Shown one piece after another: positions 22,996-33,652 of a stretch of 64,000 bases of DNA. The first letter of the stretch is position 1. Each line of letters opens with the position of its first letter. A program made the translations under genes and the position numbers. The stretch covers positions 3,488,279-3,552,278 of the forward strand of contig OZ244217.1 in NCBI GenBank assembly GCA_965216935.1, given 5' to 3'. Source of the DNA: Acidobacteriota bacterium. GTDB lineage: Bacteria; Acidobacteriota; UBA890. The notes beneath the pieces are model-generated. The model was not told the DNA's origin, did not search any database, and saw only the letters and a list, made by a program, of their open reading frames with translations.

Positions 22996-24247
22996 GCCGA
23001 AGCGCCTCTACCGGATCCAATCGACTCGCCCTCCAGGCCGGGTACAGCGTCGCCACGAACGACACCAGAACCGCCATCAGTGCAATGACGGCGAAGTCGA
23101 CCGGGCGGACGACGAACGGCACGTGGGACAGGTAGTAGACCGATTCCTCCAGCGAGATGAGCTGGTAGCGGTCGGCGATCATCGACGCCCCGATGCCCAG
23201 AAAAAGGCCGGTCGCCGTTCCCATCAGGCCGATGAAGAGCCCCTGGAAGATGAACGTGTAGAGGATTCCCCGACGGGTCGCCCCCATCGAGACCAGAATG
23301 CCGATGTCGCGGTTCTTCTCCATGACCATGAGCACGAGCGTAGCGACGATATTGAGCGCGGCGACGAATACGATCAGGCTGATGGTGACGAACATGGCGA
23401 GGCGCTCGAGCTGCAGGGCGGAGAAGAATGCCGAGTTCATCCGCTTCCAGTCGGTCATGATGAACTCGTTGCCCACGTCGGCCTGGATGCGCTCCATGAC
23501 CGCGTCGGTGTCATAGATGTCCTCGACGCGAACCTCGACGAAGCTGGCGACGTCCGAGCCGCCGTCGGCACCGGCCCCCTCGTAGAACATCTCCTGCGCC
23601 GTGCGCAGGTCTACTAGGGCCCAGTTGTTGTCATACTCGTACATGCCGGCTTCGAAGATGCCGACGACCCGCAGGACCACCGTCCGGATCCATCCGCCGG
23701 CAGCGAACGGTGTGATCCGGTTCTGGTCGTAGATCATGACGTTCATCCGGTCACCGACCCGTAGTAGCAAGGCGTCCGCCATGCCCCGGCCGATCAGCAC
23801 GCCGTCATCTTCTCCGCGCACCCGCAGGTCGGCGGCGCTCCCCTGCTCGATCCGGTCGACGAGGTCGGTAGTGGCCGTCTCGACGTCGATACCCTTGAAT
23901 GTGGCGAAAGACTGCCTGTAGCTCGTATTGATCGCGGCGGGGCGCAGGACGACGGCAGAGGCGTCGCGCACCCCCTCGACGCGGCTCACGACGTCGACGA
24001 CATCGTCGAACGCCCCGAGCGGGGCCTCCCCTGCTCCCCAGATCACGATATGGGCGTTCGCACCGATGATCTTCGCCTGGATGTCCTGCTGGAAGCCCGT
24101 CAGCAGCGCCAGTGCGATGACCAGCGCGGCGACGCCGACGGCGATGCCGAGCACCGACACGAATGAGACGATCGAGGTGAATGCTTGCTTGCGACGCGCC
24201 TTGAGGTAGCGCAGGGCGAGGAACAGTTCGTATCGCTTGGCACTCAT
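22988..24247 (-). CDS. Lipoprotein-releasing ABC transporter permease LolC/E
   Basis: ELFLALRYL, MVMEKNRDIGIL..MGA, YPAWRASRLDPVEALRHE. Confidence 0.92.
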   Translation of the reverse strand: MSAKRYELFLALRYLKARRKQAFTSIVSFVSVLGIAVGVAALVIALALLTGFQQDIQAKIIGANAHIVIWGAGEAPLGAFDDVVDVVSRVEGVRDASAVVLRPAAINTSYRQSFATFKGIDVETATTDLVDRIEQGSAADLRVRGEDDGVLIGRGMADALLLRVGDRMNVMIYDQNRITPFAAGGWIRTVVLRVVGIFEAGMYEYDNNWALVDLRTAQEMFYEGAGADGGSDVASFVEVRVEDIYDTDAVMERIQADVGNEFIMTDWKRMNSAFFSALQLERLAMFVTISLIVFVAALNIVATLVLMVMEKNRDIGILVSMGATRRGILYTFIFQGLFIGLMGTATGLFLGIGASMIADRYQLISLEESVYYLSHVPFVVRPVDFAVIALMAVLVSFVATLYPAWRASRLDPVEALRHE

Positions 24248-24327
24248 GCGCACACGTTATCCGATTGGTGACAGCCGTTGGTGGCAGCTTCGCGTAGCCA
24301 GGCCCACCACACGTTCGCCACGGGTCG

Positions 24328-25806
24328 CTAGTCGCCGTCCTTCGGCTTCAACAAGGGGAACAGGATGACGTCCCGGATCGAGGCCGAGTCGGTCAGCAGC
24401 ATCATGAGTCGGTCAATGCCGACACCGAATCCGGCCGCCGGCGGCATGCCGTGCTCGAGGGCGCAGATATAGTCCTCGTCGACGCGCTGCTCGGACAGCT
24501 CCTTGGAACGAGCCCGGCCCATCTCCTCCATGCGGGCGCGTTGCTCGCGTGGGTCGTTGAGCTCGGAGTACCCGTTCCCGGTCTCGAGACCGCCCCAATA
24601 GATCTCGAAGCGCTCGACCAGAGCGTCATCCTCCGGCGAAGATTTGGAGAATGGAGAGACGTCCCGCGGAAAATGGGTAATGAAGGTCGGCGAGACGAGC
24701 TCGGGCTGCACGAAGCGACCCAACGCCGCATCCCACATGTAGCCGAGACTTAGGTCGTCCGCCGGTACGTCGCGCTCCGACAACCACACCCGTAGCCCGG
24801 CCTCGTCATCGAGGATCTCCGCCGGAACGCCGCCGATCTCGACCAGGGCGTCGGCGAACCTCATCCGCTTCCACGGCCGTCGCATCGATACCGGCCGCCC
24901 CTGGTATTCGAAGTCGGCCGTCCCCAGAACCGCCTCGGCGGTCACCGACAGAAGCTCCTCGACAAACTCCATCATGCGTTGGAAGTCCCAGTATGCGGCG
25001 TAGAACTCCAGCATGGTGAATTCCGGATTATGCTGGGTCGAAACGCCTTCGTTCCGGAAGTTGCGATTGAGCTCGTAGACCCTCTCGAGACCGCCGACCA
25101 GCAGGCGTTTCAGATACAGCTCCGGTGCGATGCGCAGGTAAAGATCGATGTCCAGCGTGTTGTGGTGGGTGGTGAACGGACGCGCCAGAGCGCCGCCGTA
25201 CTGCGGTTGCATGATCGGCGTCTCGACCTCGACGAACGCATTCGCGTCCAGGTGTGCCCGCAAAGCTCGCAGGGCGGCGGCCCGGGCCCGGAAAACCTCG
25301 CGAACGTCGTCGCTCGCCGCCAAGTCCAGATAGCGCTGGCGATAGCGGATCTCGGTGTCCTTGAGCCCGTGCCACTTCTCCGGCAAGGGTCGCAGCGCCT
25401 TGGACAGCAGCGTGTAGGTGGCGGCCTTGACGGTGAGCTCGCCGCTGCGCGTGCGCATCAGCACACCCTCGACGCCGACGTAGTCACCCAGGTCGAGATC
25501 CTTCCAGGCCGCGTAGGCGTCCTCGCCGATATCGTCCCGACGGACGTAGATCTGGATCGTCCCCGTGCCGTCGCTCAGGTCGGCGAAGGAGGTCTTGCCG
25601 TGGGCCCGCGAGCTGACGATCCGACCGGCGACCCGGGTCGCCTCGGCAGCGGCGTCCAGCTGCTCGGCGTCGTGATCTGCGTAGCGCGCGCCGAGGGCTC
25701 CGACCGCGGCATCAACGTCGTAGCCATTGGGAAAGGGATCTACGCCGGAGGCCTCCAGCGCTTCGAGCTTCCGCCGCCGGATCTCGAGAAACTCGGGCTC
25801 GGCCAC
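24328..25806 (-). CDS. lysS: Lysine--tRNA ligase (class II)
   Basis: LPEKWHGL, YLRIAPELYLKRL, FRNEG, GIDRL. Confidence 0.98.
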   Translation of the reverse strand: MAEPEFLEIRRRKLEALEASGVDPFPNGYDVDAAVGALGARYADHDAEQLDAAAEATRVAGRIVSSRAHGKTSFADLSDGTGTIQIYVRRDDIGEDAYAAWKDLDLGDYVGVEGVLMRTRSGELTVKAATYTLLSKALRPLPEKWHGLKDTEIRYRQRYLDLAASDDVREVFRARAAALRALRAHLDANAFVEVETPIMQPQYGGALARPFTTHHNTLDIDLYLRIAPELYLKRLLVGGLERVYELNRNFRNEGVSTQHNPEFTMLEFYAAYWDFQRMMEFVEELLSVTAEAVLGTADFEYQGRPVSMRRPWKRMRFADALVEIGGVPAEILDDEAGLRVWLSERDVPADDLSLGYMWDAALGRFVQPELVSPTFITHFPRDVSPFSKSSPEDDALVERFEIYWGGLETGNGYSELNDPREQRARMEEMGRARSKELSEQRVDEDYICALEHGMPPAAGFGVGIDRLMMLLTDSASIRDVILFPLLKPKDGD

Positions 25807-25812
25807 GGCTCG

Positions 25813-27054
25813 TCAGTAGCGCTTGAGTAGCAGCGCGGCATTCGTGCCGCCGAATCCGAATGAGTTCGACAGGGCGTACTCGAAGTTGACCTCGCGAGCC
25901 TCGTTCGGCACGTAGTCGAGGTCGCATTCCGGGTCCGGCGTCTCGTAGTTGATCGTCGGCGGCACGACCTGGTCTCGCAGGGCGAGCGCCAGGATGCCCG
26001 CCTCGACGCCGCCCGCGGCGCCGAGCAAGTGCCCCATCATCGACTTGGTCGAGGACACCGGCATGGTCGCCGCGTGGTCGCCGAAGACCCGCTTGATGGC
26101 CATCGTCTCGATGCGATCGCCGGCGGGCGTGGACGTGCCGTGCGTGTTCACATAGCCGATCTGGTCCGGAGTGACGCCGCCGTCGTCGAGCGTGGTCTGC
26201 ATGACCCGCGCGGCGCCGTCGCCGTCCGGCGGGGGTGAGCTGATGTGGTAAGCATCGCCCGACATGCCGTAGCCGACGACTTCCGCGACGATCGGCGCAC
26301 CGCGCTTGCGGGCCGATTCCTCCGCTTCAAGAACCAGGACGCCGGCGCCTTCGCCGAGGATGAAGCCGTTCCGGTCGGCATCGAACGGACGGCTCGCCCT
26401 CTCGGGCTCCTCGTTGCGGGTCGAGAGGGCGCGCATCGCGGCAAAGCCGTCGATCGCCAGGGCGCAGACGACGCCCTCCGTACCGCCTGCAACCATCACC
26501 TCCGCGTCGCCCCGCGAGACGATCTCGAAGGCGTCGCCGATGGCGTGGGCGCCGGTCGTACATGCCGTGCACGTGGCGGAGTTCGGACCCGTGAGGCCGT
26601 ACTTGATCGACACCCAACCCGCTGCCTCGTTGACGATCAGGCCGGGAATGAAGAACGGGCTCACCTTGCCCGGCCCCTTGTCCAGCAACGTCCGATGGTG
26701 AACCTCCATCATGTTGAGGCCGCCGATTCCGGAGCCGATGAGCACGCCCATGCGGTGTGGCTCGTAGGGCCGATCTTCGCCATCCAGGCCGGCCGCCTCG
26801 AGGCCGAACTCCGCCGCGGCCAGGGCGTACTGGATGTGGTAGTCCATCTTCTTCAGGTCCTTCTTGGTGGCGTAGTCGAGGGGATCGAACCCCTTGACCT
26901 CGCCGGCGATCTGCACCGCAAAGCCCTCGCAGTCGAATTTCGTGATCTTCGAGACACCGGGGACTCCGGCGACGCACTTCTCCCACGTTTCGTCGGTACC
27001 GACACCCAGCGGGCTGACGATACCGACACCGGTGACCACGACTCTTCGCTGCAT
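25813..27054 (-). CDS. fabF: 3-oxoacyl-ACP synthase II
   Basis: TACTTG, HGTST, GHLLGAAG, SNSFGFGG. Confidence 0.97.
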   Translation of the reverse strand: MQRRVVVTGVGIVSPLGVGTDETWEKCVAGVPGVSKITKFDCEGFAVQIAGEVKGFDPLDYATKKDLKKMDYHIQYALAAAEFGLEAAGLDGEDRPYEPHRMGVLIGSGIGGLNMMEVHHRTLLDKGPGKVSPFFIPGLIVNEAAGWVSIKYGLTGPNSATCTACTTGAHAIGDAFEIVSRGDAEVMVAGGTEGVVCALAIDGFAAMRALSTRNEEPERASRPFDADRNGFILGEGAGVLVLEAEESARKRGAPIVAEVVGYGMSGDAYHISSPPPDGDGAARVMQTTLDDGGVTPDQIGYVNTHGTSTPAGDRIETMAIKRVFGDHAATMPVSSTKSMMGHLLGAAGGVEAGILALALRDQVVPPTINYETPDPECDLDYVPNEAREVNFEYALSNSFGFGGTNAALLLKRY

Positions 27055-27114
27055 GGAAAAGAACCTGTTCGCTGTGGGCGGCCCGGGAGACGAGCGCCGC
27101 CGGCGGATGACCGT

Positions 27115-27348
27115 CTAGCCCGAGTGCTTCTCGATGTAGCTGACGGCGTCCTGCACCTTGGCGATCTTCTCGGCGTCCTCGTCGGGAATCTCGAGGTCGA
27201 ACTCCTCTTCGAACGCCATGACCAGCTCGACGGTATCGAGGGAGTCGGCGCCCAGATCGTCGACGAACGACGCTTCCGCCGTCACTTCGTCGGCATCGAC
27301 GCCGAGCTGCTCGACGATAATCTTCTTTACTTTCTCCAGGGTGTCCAT
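27115..27348 (-). CDS. acpP: Acyl carrier protein
   Basis: [20 protein letters not shown]; AGGAGG RBS. Confidence 0.98.
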   Translation of the reverse strand: MDTLEKVKKIIVEQLGVDADEVTAEASFVDDLGADSLDTVELVMAFEEEFDLEIPDEDAEKIAKVQDAVSYIEKHSG

Positions 27349-27415
27349 CGGCTACCTCCTGCTGACGCGCTCTCCGGTGCGCTATGAAGAGACAAGGTCG
27401 TTCCTCGTGGTACCG

Positions 27416-28162
27416 CTACATGTACATGCCACCATCAACACTCAAGACCTGACCGGTGATGTAGGCAGCGTCTTCGGATAGCAGAAAACGTACGGTCCCC
27501 GCCACATCGGGTCCCGTACCCAGTCGATTCAGCGGAATCTGCTCTCGCAGCTTCTCCACGACCGCTTCGGACAGGCCCGACGTCATCTCCGTGGAGATGT
27601 AGCCGGGCGCCACCGCGTTGACCGTGATGTTTCGCGACGCAACCTCTCGGGCCAGCGACTTGGTAAAGCCGAACACACCCGCTTTTGCGGCAGCGTACGC
27701 CGTCTGGCCGCCGTTGCCGAGCAATCCGACCACCGAGCTGATGGTGACGATTCTGCCCCGGCGCCGACGGACCATGGATCTTAGCACGGCTTTTGAGCAG
27801 TTATAGACCCCGGTGAGGTCGGTCCGAAGCACCGCATCCCAGTCCTCCGGGTCGAGGCGCAGCAGCAGGTTGTCGCGCGTGATCCCGGCGTTGTTGATCA
27901 GCGCGTCAATTCCCTCGAACCGATCCAGCGCCGCGGCCACGGCGGCGGCGACGGAGTCTGCGTCGCCGACATCCATCGACACGGCAAGGACCTCGACACC
28001 ATGGGCGGACAGGCGTGATCCGACTTCCTCGCAGGCCTCCTTGCGGCGCGAGGCGAGGACCAGGTTGCAGCCCTCGGAGGCCAGGCGCTCCGCAATGCTC
28101 TCACCGATCCCCTGCGACGCTCCGGTGACCAACGCTACCTGCCCTTCGAACGCGCCCGCCAT
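27416..28162 (-). CDS. fabG: 3-oxoacyl-ACP reductase
   Basis: NNAGITRDNLL, YAAAK; lies between fabD and acpP. Confidence 0.95.
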   Translation of the reverse strand: MAGAFEGQVALVTGASQGIGESIAERLASEGCNLVLASRRKEACEEVGSRLSAHGVEVLAVSMDVGDADSVAAAVAAALDRFEGIDALINNAGITRDNLLLRLDPEDWDAVLRTDLTGVYNCSKAVLRSMVRRRRGRIVTISSVVGLLGNGGQTAYAAAKAGVFGFTKSLAREVASRNITVNAVAPGYISTEMTSGLSEAVVEKLREQIPLNRLGTGPDVAGTVRFLLSEDAAYITGQVLSVDGGMYM

Positions 28163-28171
28163 GTTCTCCCC

Positions 28172-29107
28172 CTAGGCCGTGGCCAGCGCTTGAACCACGG
28201 CGCTGATCTCTTCGACTTCATCGACGGAAAAGATGCCCACGCCACGGCCGAGCGTCCGCTTGACCAGCCCGCTCAGCACCCGTCCGGGGCCGACTTCGAT
28301 GAACGTGTCCACGCCCTGGGCGGAGAGAAACTCGAGGGTCTCGCTCCAGCGAACCGGGCTGGTGACCTGTCGCACGAGCGCGTCGCGCGCCGCGCCGCCC
28401 GCCCGAATCGCGGCGGCGTCGACGTTGCAGACAACCGGAAACGCCGGGTCGGCAAAGTCTGCTGCGGCGAGCTCCGGCTCGAGACGATCCGCGGCCGGCT
28501 GCATGAGCGAGCAATGGAAGGGCGCGCTGACGTTGAGGACAACCGCACGACGAGCGCCGGCGTTCTTCGCCTCGTCCACCGCAGCTTCGACGGCCGAACG
28601 GTGGCCGGCAATCACTACTTGGCCGGGCGCGTTCATGTTGGCCACCTCCACGACTTCGCCGTCCGGGCGGGCGGCGCAAATCGCATCGACGGCCTCGAGG
28701 TCGAGCCCCAGGATCGCCGCCATCGAGCCCTCGCCCTCCGGCACGGCATCCTGCATGTAGCGGCCGCGGTTGTGCACCAAGCCGGCGGCCGTACCTACGT
28801 CGAGGACCCCTGCCGCTACCAGAGCCGAGTACTCACCCAGCGAATGCCCGGCCACCCAGTCCGGCTGCAACCCCTTCGCCGCCAGCACCGCGTGCAGAGC
28901 GCTGCTGAAGGCCAGGATGGCCGGCTGGGTGTTCTGTGTCAGGCGGAGCTCCTCCTCGTCGCCCTCGAAGCACAGATCGGTGATCGACATCGGCAACGCC
29001 GCATCGGCCCGGTCGAAGACATCGCGAGCCTCCGGAAAGCCGGCATACACGGCCTTCCCCATGCCGGCGTACTGCGACCCCTGTCCGGGGTAGAGGAACG
29101 CGATCAT
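28172..29107 (-). CDS. fabD: Malonyl-CoA-ACP transacylase
   Basis: PGQGSQ, GHSLGEY, VSAPFH. Confidence 0.97.
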   Translation of the reverse strand: MIAFLYPGQGSQYAGMGKAVYAGFPEARDVFDRADAALPMSITDLCFEGDEEELRLTQNTQPAILAFSSALHAVLAAKGLQPDWVAGHSLGEYSALVAAGVLDVGTAAGLVHNRGRYMQDAVPEGEGSMAAILGLDLEAVDAICAARPDGEVVEVANMNAPGQVVIAGHRSAVEAAVDEAKNAGARRAVVLNVSAPFHCSLMQPAADRLEPELAAADFADPAFPVVCNVDAAAIRAGGAARDALVRQVTSPVRWSETLEFLSAQGVDTFIEVGPGRVLSGLVKRTLGRGVGIFSVDEVEEISAVVQALATA

Positions 29108-30093
29108 GCGAGCCCCGCGAGCATCTCTTCGATGCGATCGTTCACGCCATGCTGTCCGTATTCCATGGTCACTCGAATCCCGTTCATGATGGCGCGCGCC
29201 GAGGATCTACCGTGGCAGATCACGCTCAAGCCGCGAGCACCGAGAAGCGGCGCGCCGCCGAATTCGGCGTAGTGCACCCGCCCACGGTAGCCCCGAAACG
29301 CTCCGCGCGCGATCCGCGCGCCCAGACGATTGCGCGGTGAGCTGGTGAGCTCTTCCCGCAGAAGGTGCAACATCGTTTCGACCACCGCCTCGGAGGTCTT
29401 GAGAACGACGTTGCCGGTAAACCCGTCGCTGACCACCACGTCGGCGTCTCCGCTGTAGATCTCGCGGGCCTCGACGTTGCCGAGGAAGTTGAGCGGCGAC
29501 GCTTCCAGCGCTCCATATGCCTCGCGCACGAGGTCGGTCCCCTTCCCGGCCTCTTCGCCGATCGACAGCAGCCCGACGCGCGGTTTGTCGAGCCCCATGA
29601 TCGTCTGCGCGAAGAAGCTCCCCATGACGGCGAACTGCACGATCTGACGGGGCTTCGGGTCGACGTTCGCACCGACGTCGAGCAGCACCGTGCGGCCGCG
29701 TCGACTCGGCAAGATGACGGCCAGCGCCGGCCGATCCACGCCGGTAATGGTTCCGACGTACAACTTCACGGTGACCATCACTGCGCCGGTGTTGCCGGCG
29801 GAGACCAAGCCCTGCACCTCACCGTCCCGCAATAGCCGGGCGGCGACGTGTATCGAGGAATCGCGCTTACGGCGCAAGGCCGTCGCCGGAGACTCGTCCA
29901 TGCCGACGACCTCTTCCGCGTGCACCACGCTGATCGAAGGAACGGACGCGTGCCGCTCGAGCACGTTGCGGATAGCGTCCTCGCGGCCCACGAGAACCAC
30001 GTCGGCGCCGAGCTCCCGCGCCGCCATGACGGCGCCGGCGACCGGATGCTCGGGGGCGTGGTCTCCCCCCATGGCGTCAACGGCTATCTTCAT
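29104..30093 (-). CDS. plsX: Phosphate acyltransferase PlsX
   Basis: IAVDAMGGDHAP, SAGNTGA, DGFTGNVVLK. Confidence 0.97.
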   Translation of the reverse strand: MKIAVDAMGGDHAPEHPVAGAVMAARELGADVVLVGREDAIRNVLERHASVPSISVVHAEEVVGMDESPATALRRKRDSSIHVAARLLRDGEVQGLVSAGNTGAVMVTVKLYVGTITGVDRPALAVILPSRRGRTVLLDVGANVDPKPRQIVQFAVMGSFFAQTIMGLDKPRVGLLSIGEEAGKGTDLVREAYGALEASPLNFLGNVEAREIYSGDADVVVSDGFTGNVVLKTSEAVVETMLHLLREELTSSPRNRLGARIARGAFRGYRGRVHYAEFGGAPLLGARGLSVICHGRSSARAIMNGIRVTMEYGQHGVNDRIEEMLAGLA

Positions 30094-30147
30094 CGCGTCC
30101 AGCCCGGGGCGCTGCTCGAGGCCGTAGTGCAGATCAGGATCAGGCGG

Positions 30148-30330
30148 CTAGTCTTCGTCGGCGGCCACGACTGCCCGCCCTTTGTAGTGCCCACAGTGGG
30201 CGCAGACGCGGTGCGGTGCTTTGTCCCGGCCGCAATTCGGGCATTTCGACCGGCCCGGCGCCGCCAGGCCGTCGTTCGCACGACGGCGATCGCGGCGCGC
30301 GCGCGAATGTCTTTTCTTGGGAAGTGCCAC
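30148..30330 (-). CDS. rpmF: 50S ribosomal protein L32
   Basis: MALPKKRHSRARRDRRR, CPNC and CAHC pairs. Confidence 0.96.
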   Translation of the reverse strand: MALPKKRHSRARRDRRRANDGLAAPGRSKCPNCGRDKAPHRVCAHCGHYKGRAVVAADED

Positions 30331-30357
30331 GGTTCGTTCCTTTGCAGGTGTTTGCTT

Positions 30358-30879
30358 TCAGATCCGATCACGCAGGTCCTTCAGCGCCGCCCATCGTGGG
30401 TCGGCGGGAGGATCGCAGTCGCACTCGGTTTGGTTGAGGTTGGCGCCGCACGTGGGACACAGCCCTTTGCAGTCGTCCGCGCAGAGGATCTTCATCGGTA
30501 CCTCCAGAAGGATCTGCTCGGCGAGCAACTCCTGCCCATCGATCACGCCGCCTCGGTAATAATCAAGATCCAAGTCGTCTTCGTCAAGCTCCACGGCCTG
30601 ATCCGTCTCACCCGTATCGGCGGTCACGAACACCGCCTGAAACGCACGATCGACGGGTATCTCGAGCATGCGGGCACATCGACTGCATCCCGCCTCCACC
30701 CGGGCCGTCAGGCTTCCCTCGAGGGAAACGGTCGAGCCCAGGCGCGTGACCCACAGGTCGTAGCCGACCGGTCCGGGCACCGCGAGGTGATCGGCGTCGC
30801 CTTCGGTCACGAGCGCGACGTCGACAGCACCTCGCAATCGCTTACCTTCGGCGGGGACGTCGTCGACGAGGATCTTCAC
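30358..30879 (-). CDS. DUF177/YceD family protein
   Basis: CSRC, CKGLCPTCGANLN, DPRWAAL; upstream of rpmF; GTG start at 30879 inferred. Confidence 0.9.
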   Translation of the reverse strand: MKILVDDVPAEGKRLRGAVDVALVTEGDADHLAVPGPVGYDLWVTRLGSTVSLEGSLTARVEAGCSRCARMLEIPVDRAFQAVFVTADTGETDQAVELDEDDLDLDYYRGGVIDGQELLAEQILLEVPMKILCADDCKGLCPTCGANLNQTECDCDPPADPRWAALKDLRDRI

Positions 30880-30928
30880 GGCCTTCGACTGCCGAACGGC
30901 TCGGAGAGGACGCGGGTCGAGCCCGCCG

Positions 30929-31273
30929 TCAGGCCGGAGCCTGGGACGCAGCGACCCGGTCCACCATCTTGACGATGGTCTCCTTCGAGCCCGCGCCGAC
31001 CATCTGGTCGTGGATCTCACCGCCGTTGAACACCAAGATCGTCGGAATACCGCGAATCTGGTAGCGCGCAGCGATCTCGCCGAAGTGGTCGACGTTGAGC
31101 TTGGCCACCTTCACGCGGCCGGCGTAGTCCGTCGCCACCTGGTCGATGGTCGGCGCCAGCATGCGGCAGGGACCGCACCACTCGGCCCAGAAGTCCACCA
31201 GGACCGGCGTGTCGCTCTTGAGAACCTCTGCTTCGAAGTTGTCAGCCGTCAGTTCGATGATTCCTTCGGTCAA
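30929..31273 (-). CDS. trxA: Thioredoxin
   Basis: DFWAEWCGPC; TTG start after AGGAG. Confidence 0.95.
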   Translation of the reverse strand: MTEGIIELTADNFEAEVLKSDTPVLVDFWAEWCGPCRMLAPTIDQVATDYAGRVKVAKLNVDHFGEIAARYQIRGIPTILVFNGGEIHDQMVGAGSKETIVKMVDRVAASQAPA

Positions 31274-31286
31274 CGTCTTTCTCCTG

Positions 31287-31694
31287 TTACGCGGCCAGAT
31301 TCCCGGCTCGCTCACGAATGAATTCGATGATGTCCGTCGTCGTCGTTCCGGGAGGGAAGATCGCGTCGACTCCCAGCTCCCGCAGCCGCTCGACGTCCCG
31401 ATCCGGGATGATGCCGCCGACGACCAGCAGGATGTCTGCCGCCCCTTGCTCCTCCAACAACTCGACGACTCGCTCCAGTATGTAGTTGTGGGCGCCGGAG
31501 TGAATCGACAGGCCGATTACCTGCACGTCCTCTTGCACTGCAGCCTGCACGACCATCTCGGGTGTCTGCCGTAGCCCGGCGTAGATCACCTCCATCCCGG
31601 CATCGCGCAGCGCCCGGGCGACCACCTTCGCGCCACGGTCGTGGCCGTCCAGGCCGGGCTTGGCAACCAGTACTCGAATGCGTTTTTCGGTCAC
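31287..31694 (-). CDS. Cobalamin-binding small subunit of an acyl-CoA mutase (IcmB-like)
   Basis: [13 protein letters not shown] (DxHxxG), VGGIIP. Confidence 0.93.
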   Translation of the reverse strand: MTEKRIRVLVAKPGLDGHDRGAKVVARALRDAGMEVIYAGLRQTPEMVVQAAVQEDVQVIGLSIHSGAHNYILERVVELLEEQGAADILLVVGGIIPDRDVERLRELGVDAIFPPGTTTTDIIEFIRERAGNLAA

Positions 31695-31744
31695 GGTCTT
31701 GCCTCGGTCTCGGGATCCGACAGATTCGCTCGCGGTTGCGCTGC

Positions 31745-33463
31745 TCAGAAAATCGGTTGCTCTTGATACTCGCCGAACACGTCGCGCATGGCGCCGCAGA
31801 TCTCGCCCACGGTTGCGTAGGCGTGCACCGCCTCGAGGATCCTCGGCATCAGGTTCTCGTTGCTCGCCGCCGCTTCGCGCACGCCCGCAAGCGTCCGTTC
31901 GACCGCATCACCGTCTCTGCGAGCACGCAGATCTTCGAGCGCCGAGAGCTGCTCTTCCTCGACGGAATCGTCGATGTACAGGTACTCGATCGGCTCTACG
32001 TCGTCCTCGGCGTAGGCGTTCTGCCCGACGATGATGCGCTCGTTGGACTCGATCTCCCGCTGGTACTGGAAGGCCGCTTCCTGGATCTCTCGCTGCGGAT
32101 AGCCGTTGTCGATGGCGGCGACCATGCCCCCGAGCTCGTCGACCTTGGCGAAGATCTCCTCCGCTTCGCGCTCGAGATCCGACGTCAAGGCCTCCACGTA
32201 GTAGGAACCGCCGAGCGGGTCGACCGTGTTGCTCACACCGCTTTCATGGGCGATGACCTGCTGGGTGCGCAGCGCGATGATTGCGTTTTCCTCGGTGGGA
32301 AGCGCGATGGTCTCGTCCAGGGCGTTCGTGTGCAGCGATTGGGTACCGCCCATCACGGCCGCCAGAGCCTGCACCGTGACCCGCATCACATTGTTGCGCG
32401 GCTGCCGGTCCAGGAGCGTGCAACCCGCCGTCTGCGTGTGGAACCGCATCCACCAGGAGCGCGGAGATTTGGCCCCGTAGCGGTCACGCATGTAGCGGGC
32501 CCAGAGCTTCCGCGCCGCACGATACTTGGCCACCTCTTCGAAAAGATCGTTGTGGGCGTTGAAAAAGAACGAGAGCCGCGGCGCAAAAGCGTCGACGTCG
32601 AGGCCGCGTTCCAGGCCGACCTGCACGTATTCCATACCGTCCCGCAGCGTGAACGCGAGCTCCTGGGCCGCCGTCGACCCTGCCTCGCGAATGTGGTACC
32701 CGGAGACGCTGACCCAGTTCCAGCGCGGCAACTCGGCGGTGCACCACTCGATCACGTCGCCCATGATCCGCATCGTCGGACGCGGCGGGAAAACGAAGGT
32801 CTTCTGCGCGATGAACTCCTTCAGCACGTCGTTTTGGATCGTTCCGGCGAGCAGCTTGCGGTCGATGCCCTTCTTCTCGGCCGCCGCCACGTACATCGCC
32901 AGCAGCACGATGGCAGGGTGGTTGATGGTCATCGACGTGGTGACTTGGTCCTGCGGGATCTCGTCGAACAGAGTCTCCATGTCGGCCAGCGAATCGATGG
33001 CCACGCCTTGCTTGCCGACTTCGCCGCGGGAGATCGGATCGTCCGAATCTCGGCCGACCAGCGTCGGGTGGTGAAACGCTACCGAGAGCCCTGTCTGCCC
33101 CGACGCCAGCAACTTGCGATAGCGCTCATTCGAGTCCTTCGCCGTGCCGAAGCCGGCGAACTGCCGCATCGTCCACAACTTCCCCCGATACCCGGTCGGG
33201 TGCACGCCCCGCGTGTAGGGAAACTCGCCCGGGTAGCCGATGTCGGCATCGTAGGAGAGATTGCGGTCCCCGAGATCGTCGCGGGTGTACAGCTCCTCGA
33301 CCGGACGGCTGGAAGCGGTAATGAAGGGGCCTTCGCGCTCCGGACGCTTCTGTCGCGCCGGCTCGTAGGTCTCCTTCCGCCAGCGAGCCTTGCCGTTGTC
33401 GTCAACTCCGGCAGAATCTCCGTCGATCGCGGCGGATTCGGACAGGACCGGGTCGTCGGCCAT
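31745..33463 (-). CDS. B12-dependent acyl-CoA mutase large subunit, isobutyryl-CoA mutase-type residues
   Basis: [38 protein letters not shown]; ATG at 33463 with a GGAG RBS. Confidence 0.9.
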   Translation of the reverse strand: MADDPVLSESAAIDGDSAGVDDNGKARWRKETYEPARQKRPEREGPFITASSRPVEELYTRDDLGDRNLSYDADIGYPGEFPYTRGVHPTGYRGKLWTMRQFAGFGTAKDSNERYRKLLASGQTGLSVAFHHPTLVGRDSDDPISRGEVGKQGVAIDSLADMETLFDEIPQDQVTTSMTINHPAIVLLAMYVAAAEKKGIDRKLLAGTIQNDVLKEFIAQKTFVFPPRPTMRIMGDVIEWCTAELPRWNWVSVSGYHIREAGSTAAQELAFTLRDGMEYVQVGLERGLDVDAFAPRLSFFFNAHNDLFEEVAKYRAARKLWARYMRDRYGAKSPRSWWMRFHTQTAGCTLLDRQPRNNVMRVTVQALAAVMGGTQSLHTNALDETIALPTEENAIIALRTQQVIAHESGVSNTVDPLGGSYYVEALTSDLEREAEEIFAKVDELGGMVAAIDNGYPQREIQEAAFQYQREIESNERIIVGQNAYAEDDVEPIEYLYIDDSVEEEQLSALEDLRARRDGDAVERTLAGVREAAASNENLMPRILEAVHAYATVGEICGAMRDVFGEYQEQPIF

Positions 33464-33652
33464 GGAGTTTGCTCCGGCTGGATTCTGTGCAAACAACGAA
33501 AGGGCGGAAACCAAGAAACGTCGCGGCGAACCCACCGGCTAACCGCCGCGGGGCGCAACCCGGCGATTATCCCACACGCCGCTCGCGGCGGCTACGTGAA
33601 CGTCCTCCGGCAGCTGGTGGCCGTCACAGCGCCCGTTCTCAGCCCGCTGGCT

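Noticed and set aside
33464-33652. Cobalamin riboswitch upstream of the B12 mutase
   Set aside because: No recognisable B12-box consensus; only an extended -10-like TG-G-GATAAT.
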